A DNA stretch of 64,000 nucleotides, from the IMG/VR virus record IMGVR_UViG_3300046665_000548, positions 310,001-374,000 of that record, one strand, 5' to 3'. The position numbers and the translations under genes are program-made. Below are positions 20,201-28,049 of this stretch, one piece after another. The notes under the pieces are model-generated. The model worked only from the letters and a program-made list of their open reading frames with translations. It was not told the DNA's origin and ran no database searches. Position 1 is the first letter of the stretch. Every line of letters begins with the position of its first letter.

Positions 20201-22702
20201 ATCGGTGTTGTCGCCGGAACGTCTGCGGGCACAACTAACAAGACGACCACTTCCTTTACATCCGTCAACGGCGTCACGGCATCCATAAACGCAGGACAGC
20301 CTGCCAATATCGGCAACGCTTCGGCGGCAATCGTGGGCGTCTCTGGTAGCAGCGCGGCTTCGCCAGTCATAGTTGCCTCAGCGATCAATACCGGAGCGTC
20401 TGTCGTCGGTGTTAGTGGCACCGGAAGTACGGGCGCGACCACCGTCAGCACACAATCATCTGCTTCTATCGCGGGTATTCAAGGAAATGGTGTAGCTGGG
20501 TCTCCTAATGCGACTGGCTTTGCTATCACGCCTGTCGTCGGCGTATCCTCCAGTGCAGTCAGTGGTACTACTACTGAGAGCGGATCAGCTAACGTTCAAA
20601 TCACGGGAGCCTCGGCTAATGCTCTTTCAGGAGCGCTTACCGAGACAGGTTCTAGCTATGTCAATCTGACTGGTGTTTCGGCATCCGGCGTCAGCAGAAC
20701 AACAAGCGTTACGGGATCATCGAGCATTGGCATCACTGGTGTCCAAACAAGCTCTTCGGTTGGAACCACAACAGAGACATTTTCCGCCAACGTATCGCTC
20801 ACGAGCGCGAGCGCACAGGGTCTTGTTGGAACTACGGAACAAGCCGCAGGAACTGTTTTCAGACTCGAAGATGGCGTTGTAGCAAATGGTCAGGCTGGAT
20901 TGCCATCCGTCATTGGTCACGGAACGATTACTATCAACGGTGCATCTGCTACCGCGTATACCGGCACAACAGGAGAAATTACGGCGTCTTCGGCATCGGT
21001 CGCGGGCGTTGCAACGACTGGTATCGCTGGTTCTGTCGGTATCGTCGGCCGAGCCGTCGTTGATCTTCAGGGCGCAAGCGCAACTGCCCAAACTAGCAAC
21101 GCTCCAGTCAGCGTCACGTCATTCACTTCGATCTCGGGTGAGAGCGCAACTGCCCAGATCGGTATTGTTACTATCGGAAATATCGGAATTACGCTTGTCG
21201 ATCCACAGGGGGTAAACGCCTCGGGTAATGTTGGCGTGACGATTCCTTCCATCACGTCTAGCACGAATATTTCCGGCACAAGTGCTTCGACCCAGGTAGG
21301 AATCACAGATCAAAAGGTTTATGCCAACGTATCTCTATTGGGTACGTCAGCATCGTCGTCCGTTGGAAACGTGATCCCAGCGATACAGACCACTCTAACG
21401 GGCGTTTCATCCTCTGGTCAGGTTGGAACTTCTACTGTATCGAGTTCGTCCGCCGCATCGATCCTTGGTGTTCAGAGCGCTGGCGCGGTTCGTCCAATCA
21501 CTGGGGTTGGTAGCTTCAACACTACGATCTCTGGAGTCGAAGCAAACGGCTCGACAAATGATCTAGTCGTTCTCAGTACGGCGAATAGCACCATTGTCGG
21601 GGCCAGCGCCGCAGGTCTTGTTACTGGCCCGACCGTCACCGGCAACGCAGCTACAAACGTCTCTGGGGTCTCCGCAGCAGCTTCGGCGGGCATTGCAGCG
21701 TCTCGCGCCAACACATCGGTGGTAGCGGATGGCGTCCAGGCCACAGTTATTGCCGGTTCGCCTATAGAAAACGGCGATGCGAACGTACTGGCATTGGGAG
21801 TAGCCGCGAACTCACTCGTTGGTAATTCAGATGTAAATGGCGACACGTGGGTTTCGCTCACAGGTATCTCGGCTTCTGGCCAGATCAATTCAACCTCGGT
21901 TCGGGCCGATGCGGATAGCATCATTTCTGGCGTAAGTGGTTCCGGTCAAGTATCTGACGCGACCATTAATTCCGCAACGTACGCTGATATATTTGGAGTA
22001 TCCGCACAGACTGATACGGAAAACCTCACCGCAAGGCGAGACGCCATCGCGGTTCCCATCCAGGGCGTAGCGGGTGGCGGCACTGTTTCAAACGTATCAC
22101 CGGCTATCGCCAAGCTGGTTTCTGGTGTCGTGGCGACGGGTGTTGCAGATGCCGTCTACGCAGGACGAACCAGCAATAGTTCGATTGGCAACTTTGGCTC
22201 ATCCGCTGCTGGAAAGTCCAATACCCGCCCCGGTATGCACCGGTATGTTCAAAATGCCAGACCATATTATGACCATCTGAAGCCTCGTTTGCCGCGCTAT
22301 CGCATTCCGGCATCGCAGATGGTCGTGATGGAGTTTGTCGTTCCGACAGGCGGAAAAACCAAGCTGTTTCTGGTTCACACCGGCAAGGCACAGGACTATT
22401 CCGCTCAGGCATGGATCAGCGCGGAACCAGACGGGCGGCCGGTAACGTCAACGACCAATATGAGCGAAAAATGGTTTCCTAACCGGCGTGCGATCAATCC
22501 TGTCATAGTTTTTGATCAAGCCATTTCGACCCCTCATGGATTGACTGTCGGACTGCCCCCAGGACGCTATTTTCTCAATATTCTCAACGTCTCCAACGAA
22601 CCAAATGAGGTTGGTTTTTGGTTAGAAACTGGTATTGTGGTTCTTAGCGGGGCATCAGCCGGAACCGCCGTAGGACAGACATTTCAGTTGACCATTTCGT
22701 AA
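14261..22702 (+). CDS. Giant multidomain fibre/adhesin (2813 aa): 3 SPRY/ConA-like domains, BNR-repeat beta-propeller, 22-aa-repeat stalk, shared C-terminal domain
   Basis: Three copies of FD..K..G.TLSN.D.T...TGKYSF...DPVAGTGG...PTSLPSG..W; Asp-box-like S.(D/N).G.(S/T)W repeats; (S/T)GV.A....G every 22 aa from about 19050 to 22190. Confidence 0.85.
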   Translation: MTTFDSTRKDSGITLSNGDLTASSVTDAPLYVFGTTGKSTGKFSFTVSTPNGFDNNTFRLYLSNLPSSGAAPAAGYLEIYRSGSVWVINDTNGTNNNFGGNAPSSNPDILTVHVDITARKVYFSLNGGAYFNSADPVAGTGGFSIPGTGDIYPAARLSASISVNVTINFFPTSLPSGFSSWDAPSIQSADGTSSGTGAASGVGVALTGTRFDPLKTETGLTLSNNDLTVSGTGGAGNYTWSTTAKTTGKYSFEITSSYFYTSDLVIYLDQQSGASAQPGQFTDAGVRLTYLDPIIPGWGWNARDTSSTNFFDTSHPITNGSTNTVRVHVDFTARKIYYEVNGSLLYGADPVAGTGGISMTTVGTHKLCMAVSIQAHPSSATVNFNPTSLPSGYTGWDYVHNYQSGVGTAAGVGTATGNGTAVILSRSTFDSVKTDAGLVLSNGNRTVAGPGNLGSLYTWSTTSKSTGKYSFAFTSNNFYSSDVRIWIDAQVGTNLPNQNANGGVRLIYIDPSAGGQGWGVVSTVPANTYDGLHAISANTSYTIRVHADFTADRVYFELNGSYLFGGDPVAGTGGIVMSPAAVQKICIMVDAVGPNPTGGSIDFAPTSLPSGFTAWDETLGTSAGTSTASAVGAVAPRGDAAGTSTVSGVGVAYRPTLKFSAANSATATTVSIPTHEVGDLIVIYAMRENATPPTLASGFTSITTNTTTLFGSILGYRIATATNTTSGTWTNAQELIVHVYKPRTGGAIRIGSSVVAVGTSTTLSWSALTPQRTNSTSWIAAFGGHRSINTTLESPPTGMVLRNNLVDSLAEVASFDTNGAVNSFALSTKTPGGTASGWGTIVVEIQDLAQIMQGSASGAGSATAVGNAVGIITGVGNATGNSTVTASPNISRRVTSFPGTNPASFNGVATNSDGSIMYAAPYNDCILKSVNYGVTWTQLAGTSNFWQGVATSHSGQVVAAMVPGGSIWVSTDYGASWTEATSAGSHYWLSIEVSGDGSTIIAGDADTGGRVYVSHNSGTTFTAVAGSHPWLGVASSSTGSVLYAVGDTGNYVQKSTNGGTSWSSLTAGPTGWNGVDCSSDGQTVVIIGSGNAAKVSTNGGTSWADCPTSGSFNNWSNISVSDTGQYIVLADNTDYIWFSSNYGTSFVKQNQPGFGQRIWISVDISSDGQWIIAGEYDDGSGKGQIYVINYSRPVYASGSGTSSGIGTAAAVGKPMSIGPAVVYGATLATNDTNVNMSFRVVATVVEASDGHLRITFQSGSGGTLGISHASFGKWDTNTGSADTTGTPIKLTFGGADTFQMSGTVTSDYVNHSASFSLVPGEKIVVIYDTTSFGDERYSGSLSGVETWFKVGTSWSTPNVTGFTKLAATNYSVIAIESVKSFEILPYAGPTVRSVSNTAYVSTSSLVLNKPTGTVDGDIMIAHTFSGVDFYNDGTFTAPAGWTLLTGFPTAVDVSNFYGKMFVYWKRASSEGSSYTFTQNRDFYTQGEIITIQGAVASGDPIDVIGIATGLSQTSVVSSVTTSADNELVLYLSHDWEGNGALSPPAGFTEILDGLIYSASRQLSYASATGSVAQVNGNLGAGAPFAASLIAIEPAIASVSANITVSGIVANSAVGSPTQIGISYTAVSGVTAGTAISAPTTQGTANKSITGVSAATQIGTVSTIGSANKALSGVSASSAVGVATDRTTSNVAVSGVAGSSVISSVTTIGRAVVSASGVQASTAVGIVAKIGNANILAPSTTGTGQVGGTVNSGTSNVALSGVSAASAIGTTTNIGNGNVLATSASGSADVGVATGVGTTTASIVISGVSGTATANAATIGSTNNISLSGASAATSVGSTTESGSNNVNISSTTASTFVGSPNVGGQSAAVSGGVSASTSSGTTSISSSANVPISGANAAGAVGSPTKIGSANVAITSVSASGQAQTLTGIGSVQIAATGVQGATSSGSPTVSGEAFVAISGASASVVAQSNTVTTTASATVIGVVAGTSAGTTNKTTTSFTSVNGVTASINAGQPANIGNASAAIVGVSGSSAASPVIVASAINTGASVVGVSGTGSTGATTVSTQSSASIAGIQGNGVAGSPNATGFAITPVVGVSSSAVSGTTTESGSANVQITGASANALSGALTETGSSYVNLTGVSASGVSRTTSVTGSSSIGITGVQTSSSVGTTTETFSANVSLTSASAQGLVGTTEQAAGTVFRLEDGVVANGQAGLPSVIGHGTITINGASATAYTGTTGEITASSASVAGVATTGIAGSVGIVGRAVVDLQGASATAQTSNAPVSVTSFTSISGESATAQIGIVTIGNIGITLVDPQGVNASGNVGVTIPSITSSTNISGTSASTQVGITDQKVYANVSLLGTSASSSVGNVIPAIQTTLTGVSSSGQVGTSTVSSSSAASILGVQSAGAVRPITGVGSFNTTISGVEANGSTNDLVVLSTANSTIVGASAAGLVTGPTVTGNAATNVSGVSAAASAGIAASRANTSVVADGVQATVIAGSPIENGDANVLALGVAANSLVGNSDVNGDTWVSLTGISASGQINSTSVRADADSIISGVSGSGQVSDATINSATYADIFGVSAQTDTENLTARRDAIAVPIQGVAGGGTVSNVSPAIAKLVSGVVATGVADAVYAGRTSNSSIGNFGSSAAGKSNTRPGMHRYVQNARPYYDHLKPRLPRYRIPASQMVVMEFVVPTGGKTKLFLVHTGKAQDYSAQAWISAEPDGRPVTSTTNMSEKWFPNRRAINPVIVFDQAISTPHGLTVGLPPGRYFLNILNVSNEPNEVGFWLETGIVVLSGASAGTAVGQTFQLTIS

Positions 22703-22741
22703 ATCGGGGTTATTTCTGATTCGCAGTTGGGAGATTTCAGA

Positions 22742-24256
22742 ATGGCAATTTACGCCAAGCGCGACGGAACCAGTTTGATCGTCGGCGCGGCCGATACTTT
22801 GGTCGAAATGGAAGACCTTTTTACCAGGACTTCCGGCGTTGCCGGGGTGCGGTTGGCTCGTCCAAGTTCAACCGACATGATGATGGACGAACGCTTCCAG
22901 AACATGACCACCATTCCAGGTGTGTACGAATTCGACGGACGCTCCGAGCAGGATGCGTTCGCGGAACAGTATTCTATTACCATCGTCGGACCAAACAAGC
23001 TCGCTGACCGTCATTCCGATATGATGGAAAAGCTGGAAGAGGACCCGTACTTTCTCCCGTCCGAAGACGAAGATGATCCGGACCGCGTGAAGCGCACCAT
23101 CGGTGAACTGCATGGCATCAATGCAGAAGACCCGTGGGACAAGCGCAGCGACGAAGACAAGGAAAAGGACGAAGAATACAAGAAGAAATACGAGGCGGCG
23201 AAGAAGGCTGGCAAGCTTTCCGGCGACGATTCGTTCGCGCCTCCCGGTTCTACTACCCGTGTTACCGACATCGAGACGACCCGCAATGCTGATGGGACGA
23301 TTTCCATCGACAAGGTGCTCGCGAGCAAGGGTACTTACGAGGACAATGACAAGGACCGCAAGGACGCTGAAAAGCGCGTTCGCGGCGGTGCTCCGGCTGC
23401 TGGCACCCCGGCTGAGAAGGCATCGGGTCGTAGCATCGAGGATATCATCGGCGGCGTGTTGAACCCGCAGGCGGCACCTGAACCGGAGCCCGATCCGGTA
23501 CACGGCAATATGTCGATCCAGGATTTGATGGAACAGATGGCTAATTCGGCTCCACGTGAGCCGTTGGTCGATGACAATGGGATCGATATGACGATCTCGG
23601 AGTCGGACGATATTGCGATGTTCTACAAGCTTGAGTTCGTCGGCGCACATGTCTCTGATCTCGAAGCCGTGCTTGGCACCAACGAGGTTTGGGAGACCGT
23701 TCACGAGAAGCGCGACACTGGCGACGATTGCTGGTTTGCGTTCGTGCGTCACAAGCAGGGTTTGGCTTTCGAGAACGCTGCGACCGACGCTGGCTTCAAG
23801 ATCGCGGAGCATCCATACGGCGTGAAGCCGGATGGTGATCGGCTGGTCGAGAAAAGCGTCAAGGGCGTCACGGTCGTTGACACGGGCGAGAAGCGCGAAA
23901 TTGGTCCGCGTCCGTGGAATGCCCGTGCGGCCGAACTGGAAGCGATGACGGAAGAGGAACGCGCCGAAGAGTGGAAGAACTGCAAGGGCGACGAGTTCAT
24001 CTTCTCTGGCACGTACGAGGGCGCGGCAGCAGGCACCATCGTCTACATCACGCCAAAGTCCTACTTTGAAGAACACGGCGTCATGTTCGATCAGCCGTTG
24101 AACATCGATCATCTGATCGAGCGCGACTTGAAGGAAATCACTCCGGGAGGCGTCTACCGGACCATGAGCCGCGACTGGAATTCTCTCAGCTTTGCCCTGT
24201 CCAAAAAGGGGATGGTCGAGAATATGTACCTGCAACTCTATCTCAACACGCTGTAA
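22742..24256 (+). CDS. Acidic hypothetical protein
   Basis: Long ORF with strong codon bias; GGGAG RBS before ATG 22742. Confidence 0.8.
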   Translation: MAIYAKRDGTSLIVGAADTLVEMEDLFTRTSGVAGVRLARPSSTDMMMDERFQNMTTIPGVYEFDGRSEQDAFAEQYSITIVGPNKLADRHSDMMEKLEEDPYFLPSEDEDDPDRVKRTIGELHGINAEDPWDKRSDEDKEKDEEYKKKYEAAKKAGKLSGDDSFAPPGSTTRVTDIETTRNADGTISIDKVLASKGTYEDNDKDRKDAEKRVRGGAPAAGTPAEKASGRSIEDIIGGVLNPQAAPEPEPDPVHGNMSIQDLMEQMANSAPREPLVDDNGIDMTISESDDIAMFYKLEFVGAHVSDLEAVLGTNEVWETVHEKRDTGDDCWFAFVRHKQGLAFENAATDAGFKIAEHPYGVKPDGDRLVEKSVKGVTVVDTGEKREIGPRPWNARAAELEAMTEEERAEEWKNCKGDEFIFSGTYEGAAAGTIVYITPKSYFEEHGVMFDQPLNIDHLIERDLKEITPGGVYRTMSRDWNSLSFALSKKGMVENMYLQLYLNTL

Positions 24257-24270
24257 GGAGCGAAGCCCAA

Positions 24271-24486
24271 ATGTCTGTCAATGTTGATCTCGACATGAAC
24301 CTCAATATCGCGCTTGCGCCGACCATCGAGACCTTCGAGGTTGTGGCCAAGAGCGAAGCGCAAATGCCAGATGCCGGTTGGTGGTATCAGGTCAGCTTCG
24401 GTGGTTTCGATCTCGGTGAGCCGGAAGGTCCGTTTCCGACCCAGGAAGTCGCTACCCTGAATGCCCAATCGGGATTCCTCGACTAA
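24271..24486 (+). CDS. Hypothetical protein
   Basis: AAGGAG RBS; followed by a terminator. Confidence 0.65.
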   Translation: MSVNVDLDMNLNIALAPTIETFEVVAKSEAQMPDAGWWYQVSFGGFDLGEPEGPFPTQEVATLNAQSGFLD

Positions 24487-24517
24487 TCTTTCTATCCTTT
24501 TAGGTCCTTAGTTTTTG

Positions 24518-24544
24518 GGCGGGGCTTTGGTCCCGCCTTTTTTT
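24518..24544 (+). terminator. Rho-independent terminator
   Basis: GGCGGGGC-TTTG-GTCCCGCC followed by T7. Confidence 0.75.
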
Positions 24545-24560
24545 CTGGTATTTTACCAAA

Positions 24561-25109
24561 ATGCTGAGTGAATTCCTTGAAGACGCGCTTCCCAAGAAGG
24601 AAGCAGCCAAGAAATCAGTCTGTTGTGACTCCCGCTCAATGATGGTGGTGGGTGGCGGCGTAATTGTGCTCAAAAAGCAGTATGATCCAAACCAGCATTG
24701 GTTCGAGTTCATGCAAGGAGTTATTTTTGAGCCGCTGCATCAACTCCCACGACCAAAGCCCGAGTACGCTCGAAAGCCTAAGGTTACCAAGTTCGCTCGC
24801 CAAATGCCGGGCGATTATAAGCTGTTCCATTATATCAAGGGGCGCAATCAGCTATGTTTGCCATTCCCGGATCGCTTGAAGCTCAGCGCGAACCAAATGC
24901 AATCTGTCGCCAATGCGGAATTTCCGACCTGGGACAAAAATTCCGATAATGATGTCCCAGCCGTAAAATACACAAGGGAACGCAAAACCGACGTGGAAGA
25001 ATGGTGCCTAGCAAACTGCAAAGGTTTCTACGGCATCAAAAACGGTGAGGTTCGTTTCCAGTACAGCCGTGAATACATTCTAGCCAGGATGATGTTCGGT
25101 GATTCTTGA
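24561..25109 (+). CDS. Hypothetical protein, divergent 'FKLRWG' family member
   Basis: C-terminal VEEWCLANCKG...VRFQYSREYILARMMFG. Confidence 0.6.
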   Translation: MLSEFLEDALPKKEAAKKSVCCDSRSMMVVGGGVIVLKKQYDPNQHWFEFMQGVIFEPLHQLPRPKPEYARKPKVTKFARQMPGDYKLFHYIKGRNQLCLPFPDRLKLSANQMQSVANAEFPTWDKNSDNDVPAVKYTRERKTDVEEWCLANCKGFYGIKNGEVRFQYSREYILARMMFGDS

Positions 25110-25431
25110 ACCCAAATTGTCCACAGAAGAAGGACGACAGTTCGAAGCAATTCGTCAGTTGTTCATCGCTCAGGGCGAGAAAGAATTCGTAGAGCAGATC
25201 GCCAGCTACCCATTCGTGGTGGCTGGAAGCTATCCGGAATTCGAGGATGATCAGAAGGGTTGCTTCGCCTATATCGGGAAGGCAGAGGACTGGCTTAAGG
25301 AAAATATAGCGGAAGGTGATTATCTCGCGTTTCCCGGCATGGCTATCGGGCAGTATGCTCGCTGTTGTCGCAACGTGTATTTCAAACACGAGCGCGATGC
25401 TATCCACTTCAAACTCGGATGTAGCTACTGA
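25099..25431 (+). CDS. Hypothetical protein, 'FKLRWG' family
   Basis: WLKENI...YFKHERDAIHFKL. Confidence 0.65.
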   Translation: MILEPKLSTEEGRQFEAIRQLFIAQGEKEFVEQIASYPFVVAGSYPEFEDDQKGCFAYIGKAEDWLKENIAEGDYLAFPGMAIGQYARCCRNVYFKHERDAIHFKLGCSY

Positions 25432-25757
25432 TGTTGATTCAGTCGTACGATACCATGTATGGGCCGGAGCAGCGAGGCAATCGCTGGCTCGTGAATCAAC
25501 GATATTATCGCTATCGCGTCGAGACGGATACGATATTTGAGGACAATGAGCAGTGGCGGAAAGAAATAGACGCCCGTGAAGAATGGGCCGAACAACAATT
25601 GTCTCATACTAGACGCCGAAATAAAGGCAAGCTCATCAACAGCGTGTATGACGAGTCTGATTGGTCCATCTTGGTGGACTACGAAGCCATATGGCACCTC
25701 TGGTGGTATTTCATGAACGAGAATGATGCGCTGCTCTACAAGCTTCGTTGGGGCTAG
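25431..25757 (+). CDS. Hypothetical protein, 'FKLRWG' family
   Basis: Ends YFMNENDALLYKLRWG. Confidence 0.7.
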   Translation: MLIQSYDTMYGPEQRGNRWLVNQRYYRYRVETDTIFEDNEQWRKEIDAREEWAEQQLSHTRRRNKGKLINSVYDESDWSILVDYEAIWHLWWYFMNENDALLYKLRWG

Positions 25758-26398
25758 CTGAGAACGAAGGCGTCGATAGCATCAATGGCCTCTTCAATGC
25801 TTATTTCAAACCATTCTCCCGTTCCTCGCCGGTTGCCAAATTGGAGATGCAGCTTAGCTTCTACTTGTTTTCTCAAAGGAAAAAACTTGTAGTGGTTATA
25901 TTCGAATGAAGCGTGCGGATCACCGGTTTGATAACCTGCCAGTCTAGATTGTAAATCAGTTGTCGATCCGATCTTTACCCATCCAGGAAAAGCTGGATTA
26001 GTCATCACATAGACAAAACCTTTCTCGTTGCGCGTGATACCAAACGCCGGACCTTTATTCTCGACGGCGATTTCCTGCCGTAACCGCAATTGCTTGCTTT
26101 GTTGCTTACGTGAATATGCTTTCTCCCGAGCAGCGGGGCGCTGCTCTCTCTCGATTTGTCGCTGGTTTTTGCGTTCAGCATTTGCGTTCTCTGTTGCAAA
26201 TGCTCTATCGAACTTCCTACTCTGCGCCGCTAACACAAATGCATTGCGCGATCTAAAGTAAATTCCGATATAGGTTCGCAAATCTGCGAACTCGATGAGT
26301 TGTAATCCTCTTGCAACTCTACATTCGTTCAGAACGTCACACGCCGACCTCAAAGAAGCATCGGACGGCTCACGTGACGAAGTTTCTAAAAAATTCAC
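25754..26398 (-). CDS. GIY-YIG superfamily (T5orf172-like) nuclease-domain protein
   Basis: GFVYVMTNPAFPGWVKIGST..L..RL..YQTGDP...E..LH......GEWF. Confidence 0.8.
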   Translation of the reverse strand: MNFLETSSREPSDASLRSACDVLNECRVARGLQLIEFADLRTYIGIYFRSRNAFVLAAQSRKFDRAFATENANAERKNQRQIEREQRPAAREKAYSRKQQSKQLRLRQEIAVENKGPAFGITRNEKGFVYVMTNPAFPGWVKIGSTTDLQSRLAGYQTGDPHASFEYNHYKFFPLRKQVEAKLHLQFGNRRGTGEWFEISIEEAIDAIDAFVLS

Positions 26399-26417
26399 GC
26401 TAGGGCTCGTTTTTTAT

Positions 26418-26446
26418 TTGCATTGGTGCGAACTGGTATGTATGTT
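26418..26446 (+). promoter_or_regulatory. Candidate sigma70 promoter of the large ncRNA
   Basis: TTGCAT-N17-TATGTT at the start of the ~1-kb non-coding region. Confidence 0.4.
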
Positions 26447-26452
26447 GACCAT

Positions 26453-27440
26453 AGTTTGGAACGATAAGCCGGGCAACCGGTGAATTGGGGTAAACCCCAC
26501 ATAACCCCTACCCAGTGTCTAGTATGGTTCGCCCAGCTAGATGATGGACAGCCCAAACAACCCCGCATCTTCACATCTCATGCTGGATGTGAGCTTCTGA
26601 GCCGACCTACACAGGAAGGACAGGAGATGTGGCTGAACGGTAGGATTAGGTCTGGAGGCATCCAGAAGAGAATGCAGCCTCTGCGAAAGCATGGCGGTTC
26701 TAACAATGGCGTCGCAGTCATTGACCTGAATGCGAACCTACAAGAAGCCTATGAGTGAACGGGAAGTCGGGTTTGTTCGAGGCTTAGCGGCTAAGGGCGA
26801 CCGGCAGTTCGATGGGTTGTGTCTCTAGGAATAGAGGCGTGATCCGAGGGTGTTGATGAAAGTCATGCCCGTGAACGCCCAAGTAGTGCTAGCAGCATGA
26901 AAAGGATGAGGCGTGTTGTATTTTGATTCTCGAAAGAGAGTTGAAGCAGCAGGGACAGCACGTCTTGGTGGTTTCGCATAGCTCAGTAGTAGAGCAACAC
27001 CCAATCCAGGTGTCGGTCTCTGGTTGCGATACCAGATACGATAAACAAAAAGCGAAAGTCTGTCCCGGCTGTATGTGAAAGATGTCTAATGCCGAGCCCT
27101 GGCAAGGGAACTCGGTCTCCCGGAGGTCGCAAGCCGAAGGTGAGTTGATAGAGAAGGTTTCATAACGAGGTAGCCCTCGTGAACGGCTCGCAAGGTCGGT
27201 GGAGCAAGAACTGTTGAGTGACATGCAGCGACACGAGAACTGCCTCTCGTGCTGTTGGTCCGATGAAGCCGAACCTCGCAAGGGTTTGGTGGAGTACCAA
27301 CGAGCAAGAATGGCGACATTGGCTGGATACCTGTCGAGGGCGCAAGCTCCGGTGGGTGGATAACCGGGGAAAGCTGGCCGCAAGTCAGTCATAATCCCGA
27401 AAGACCGGTCGTGAAAACGAGTAATCTCATCGTTTCGAAA
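26453..27440 (+). ncRNA. Large ornate ncRNA, GOLLD-like
   Basis: No credible CDS over ~1 kb; many GNRA-capped hairpins (GCAA, GAAA, GTAA); embedded tRNA-like domain; GCGTGTTGTATT and 3' GAGTAATCTCA segments resemble GOLLD RNA from memory; ends at a terminator. Boundaries approximate. Confidence 0.7.
26972..27044 (+). pseudogene. Degenerate tRNA-like domain inside the large ncRNA
   Basis: TA-GCTC-AGTAGTA-GAGC D arm; ACACC/GGTGT stem with loop CAATCCA (no U33); TCTGG/CCAGA stem with 8-nt loop TTGCGATA; two acceptor-stem mismatches; no CCA. Confidence 0.65.
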
Positions 27441-27443
27441 AAA

Positions 27444-27470
27444 CCCTCGCGAAAGCGGGGGATTTTTTTT
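27444..27470 (+). terminator. Terminator of the large ncRNA
   Basis: CCCTCGC-GAAA-GCGGGGG followed by A and T8. Confidence 0.8.
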
Positions 27471-27483
27471 AGGAATTACACCA

Positions 27484-27726
27484 ATGGATGCTTTGGAATT
27501 ATTTTGTCATCGCGTGTGGATCACCGTAGGCAATACTGACGAGCTTCATTCATGGCTCGTGGAGAACATGGGCGAACCGTTTTATCGCGATCAAGATGAA
27601 GACTTGATGGTCGGTAAGAGATGGTCGATCATGACGCCTATCTGGGGTTGCCGGAACATCGCTAACTTGCGAGTGCATTTTGCGGATCAACGAGACGCGA
27701 TGCTGTTCAAGTTGAGATGGGGCTGA
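27484..27726 (+). CDS. 'FKLRWG' family protein (tandem duplicate 1)
   Basis: LHSWLVENMGEPFYR...LRVHFADQRDAMLFKLRWG. Confidence 0.75.
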   Translation: MDALELFCHRVWITVGNTDELHSWLVENMGEPFYRDQDEDLMVGKRWSIMTPIWGCRNIANLRVHFADQRDAMLFKLRWG

Positions 27727-27732
27727 CCCCAA

Positions 27733-27981
27733 ATGGATTACATAAACCATTCAAAACAATTTCCTTACTACGTATGGACGAGAACATACGACATAGACGG
27801 CTTGCATTCTTGGCTGATCGACAACTTAGGCGAGCCGTTCTATCGCGAGAGTGATTCGGTCGCATTGATGGTTGATAAAAGATGGTCAATTCTATCTCCT
27901 ATCGGTCGCAACATTGCAGCACTGCGTGTTCATTTCGCAGATGCTAATGATGCTCTCCTCTTTAAGTTGAGATGGGGCTGA
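27733..27981 (+). CDS. 'FKLRWG' family protein (tandem duplicate 2)
   Basis: LHSWLIDNLGEPFYR...LRVHFADANDALLFKLRWG; 3' end GTTGAGATGGGGCTGAC identical to the previous gene. Confidence 0.75.
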   Translation: MDYINHSKQFPYYVWTRTYDIDGLHSWLIDNLGEPFYRESDSVALMVDKRWSILSPIGRNIAALRVHFADANDALLFKLRWG

Positions 27982-28049
27982 CATCTATAAAAGACCTCGT
28001 ACGAGCGAGGTCTTTATGCTATGCGAGTGGATCATCATCAGAGGCAATC

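Noticed and set aside
426-22412. Many overlapping alternative-frame ORFs within the fibre genes
   Set aside because: Expected from low-complexity Ser/Thr/Ala/Gly/Val codons that rarely create stops in other frames.
22868-24235. 455-aa antisense ORF
   Set aside because: Shadow of the codon-biased plus-strand gene 22742..24256; no RBS and an implausible protein.
26480-27392. Short ORFs inside the ~1-kb non-coding region
   Set aside because: No RBS or protein motifs; sequence is better explained by RNA structure.
26453-27440. Group I/II intron interpretation, given the adjacent GIY-YIG gene
   Set aside because: No interrupted gene or recognisable intron core; the region has its own terminator and the nuclease gene is outside and divergent.
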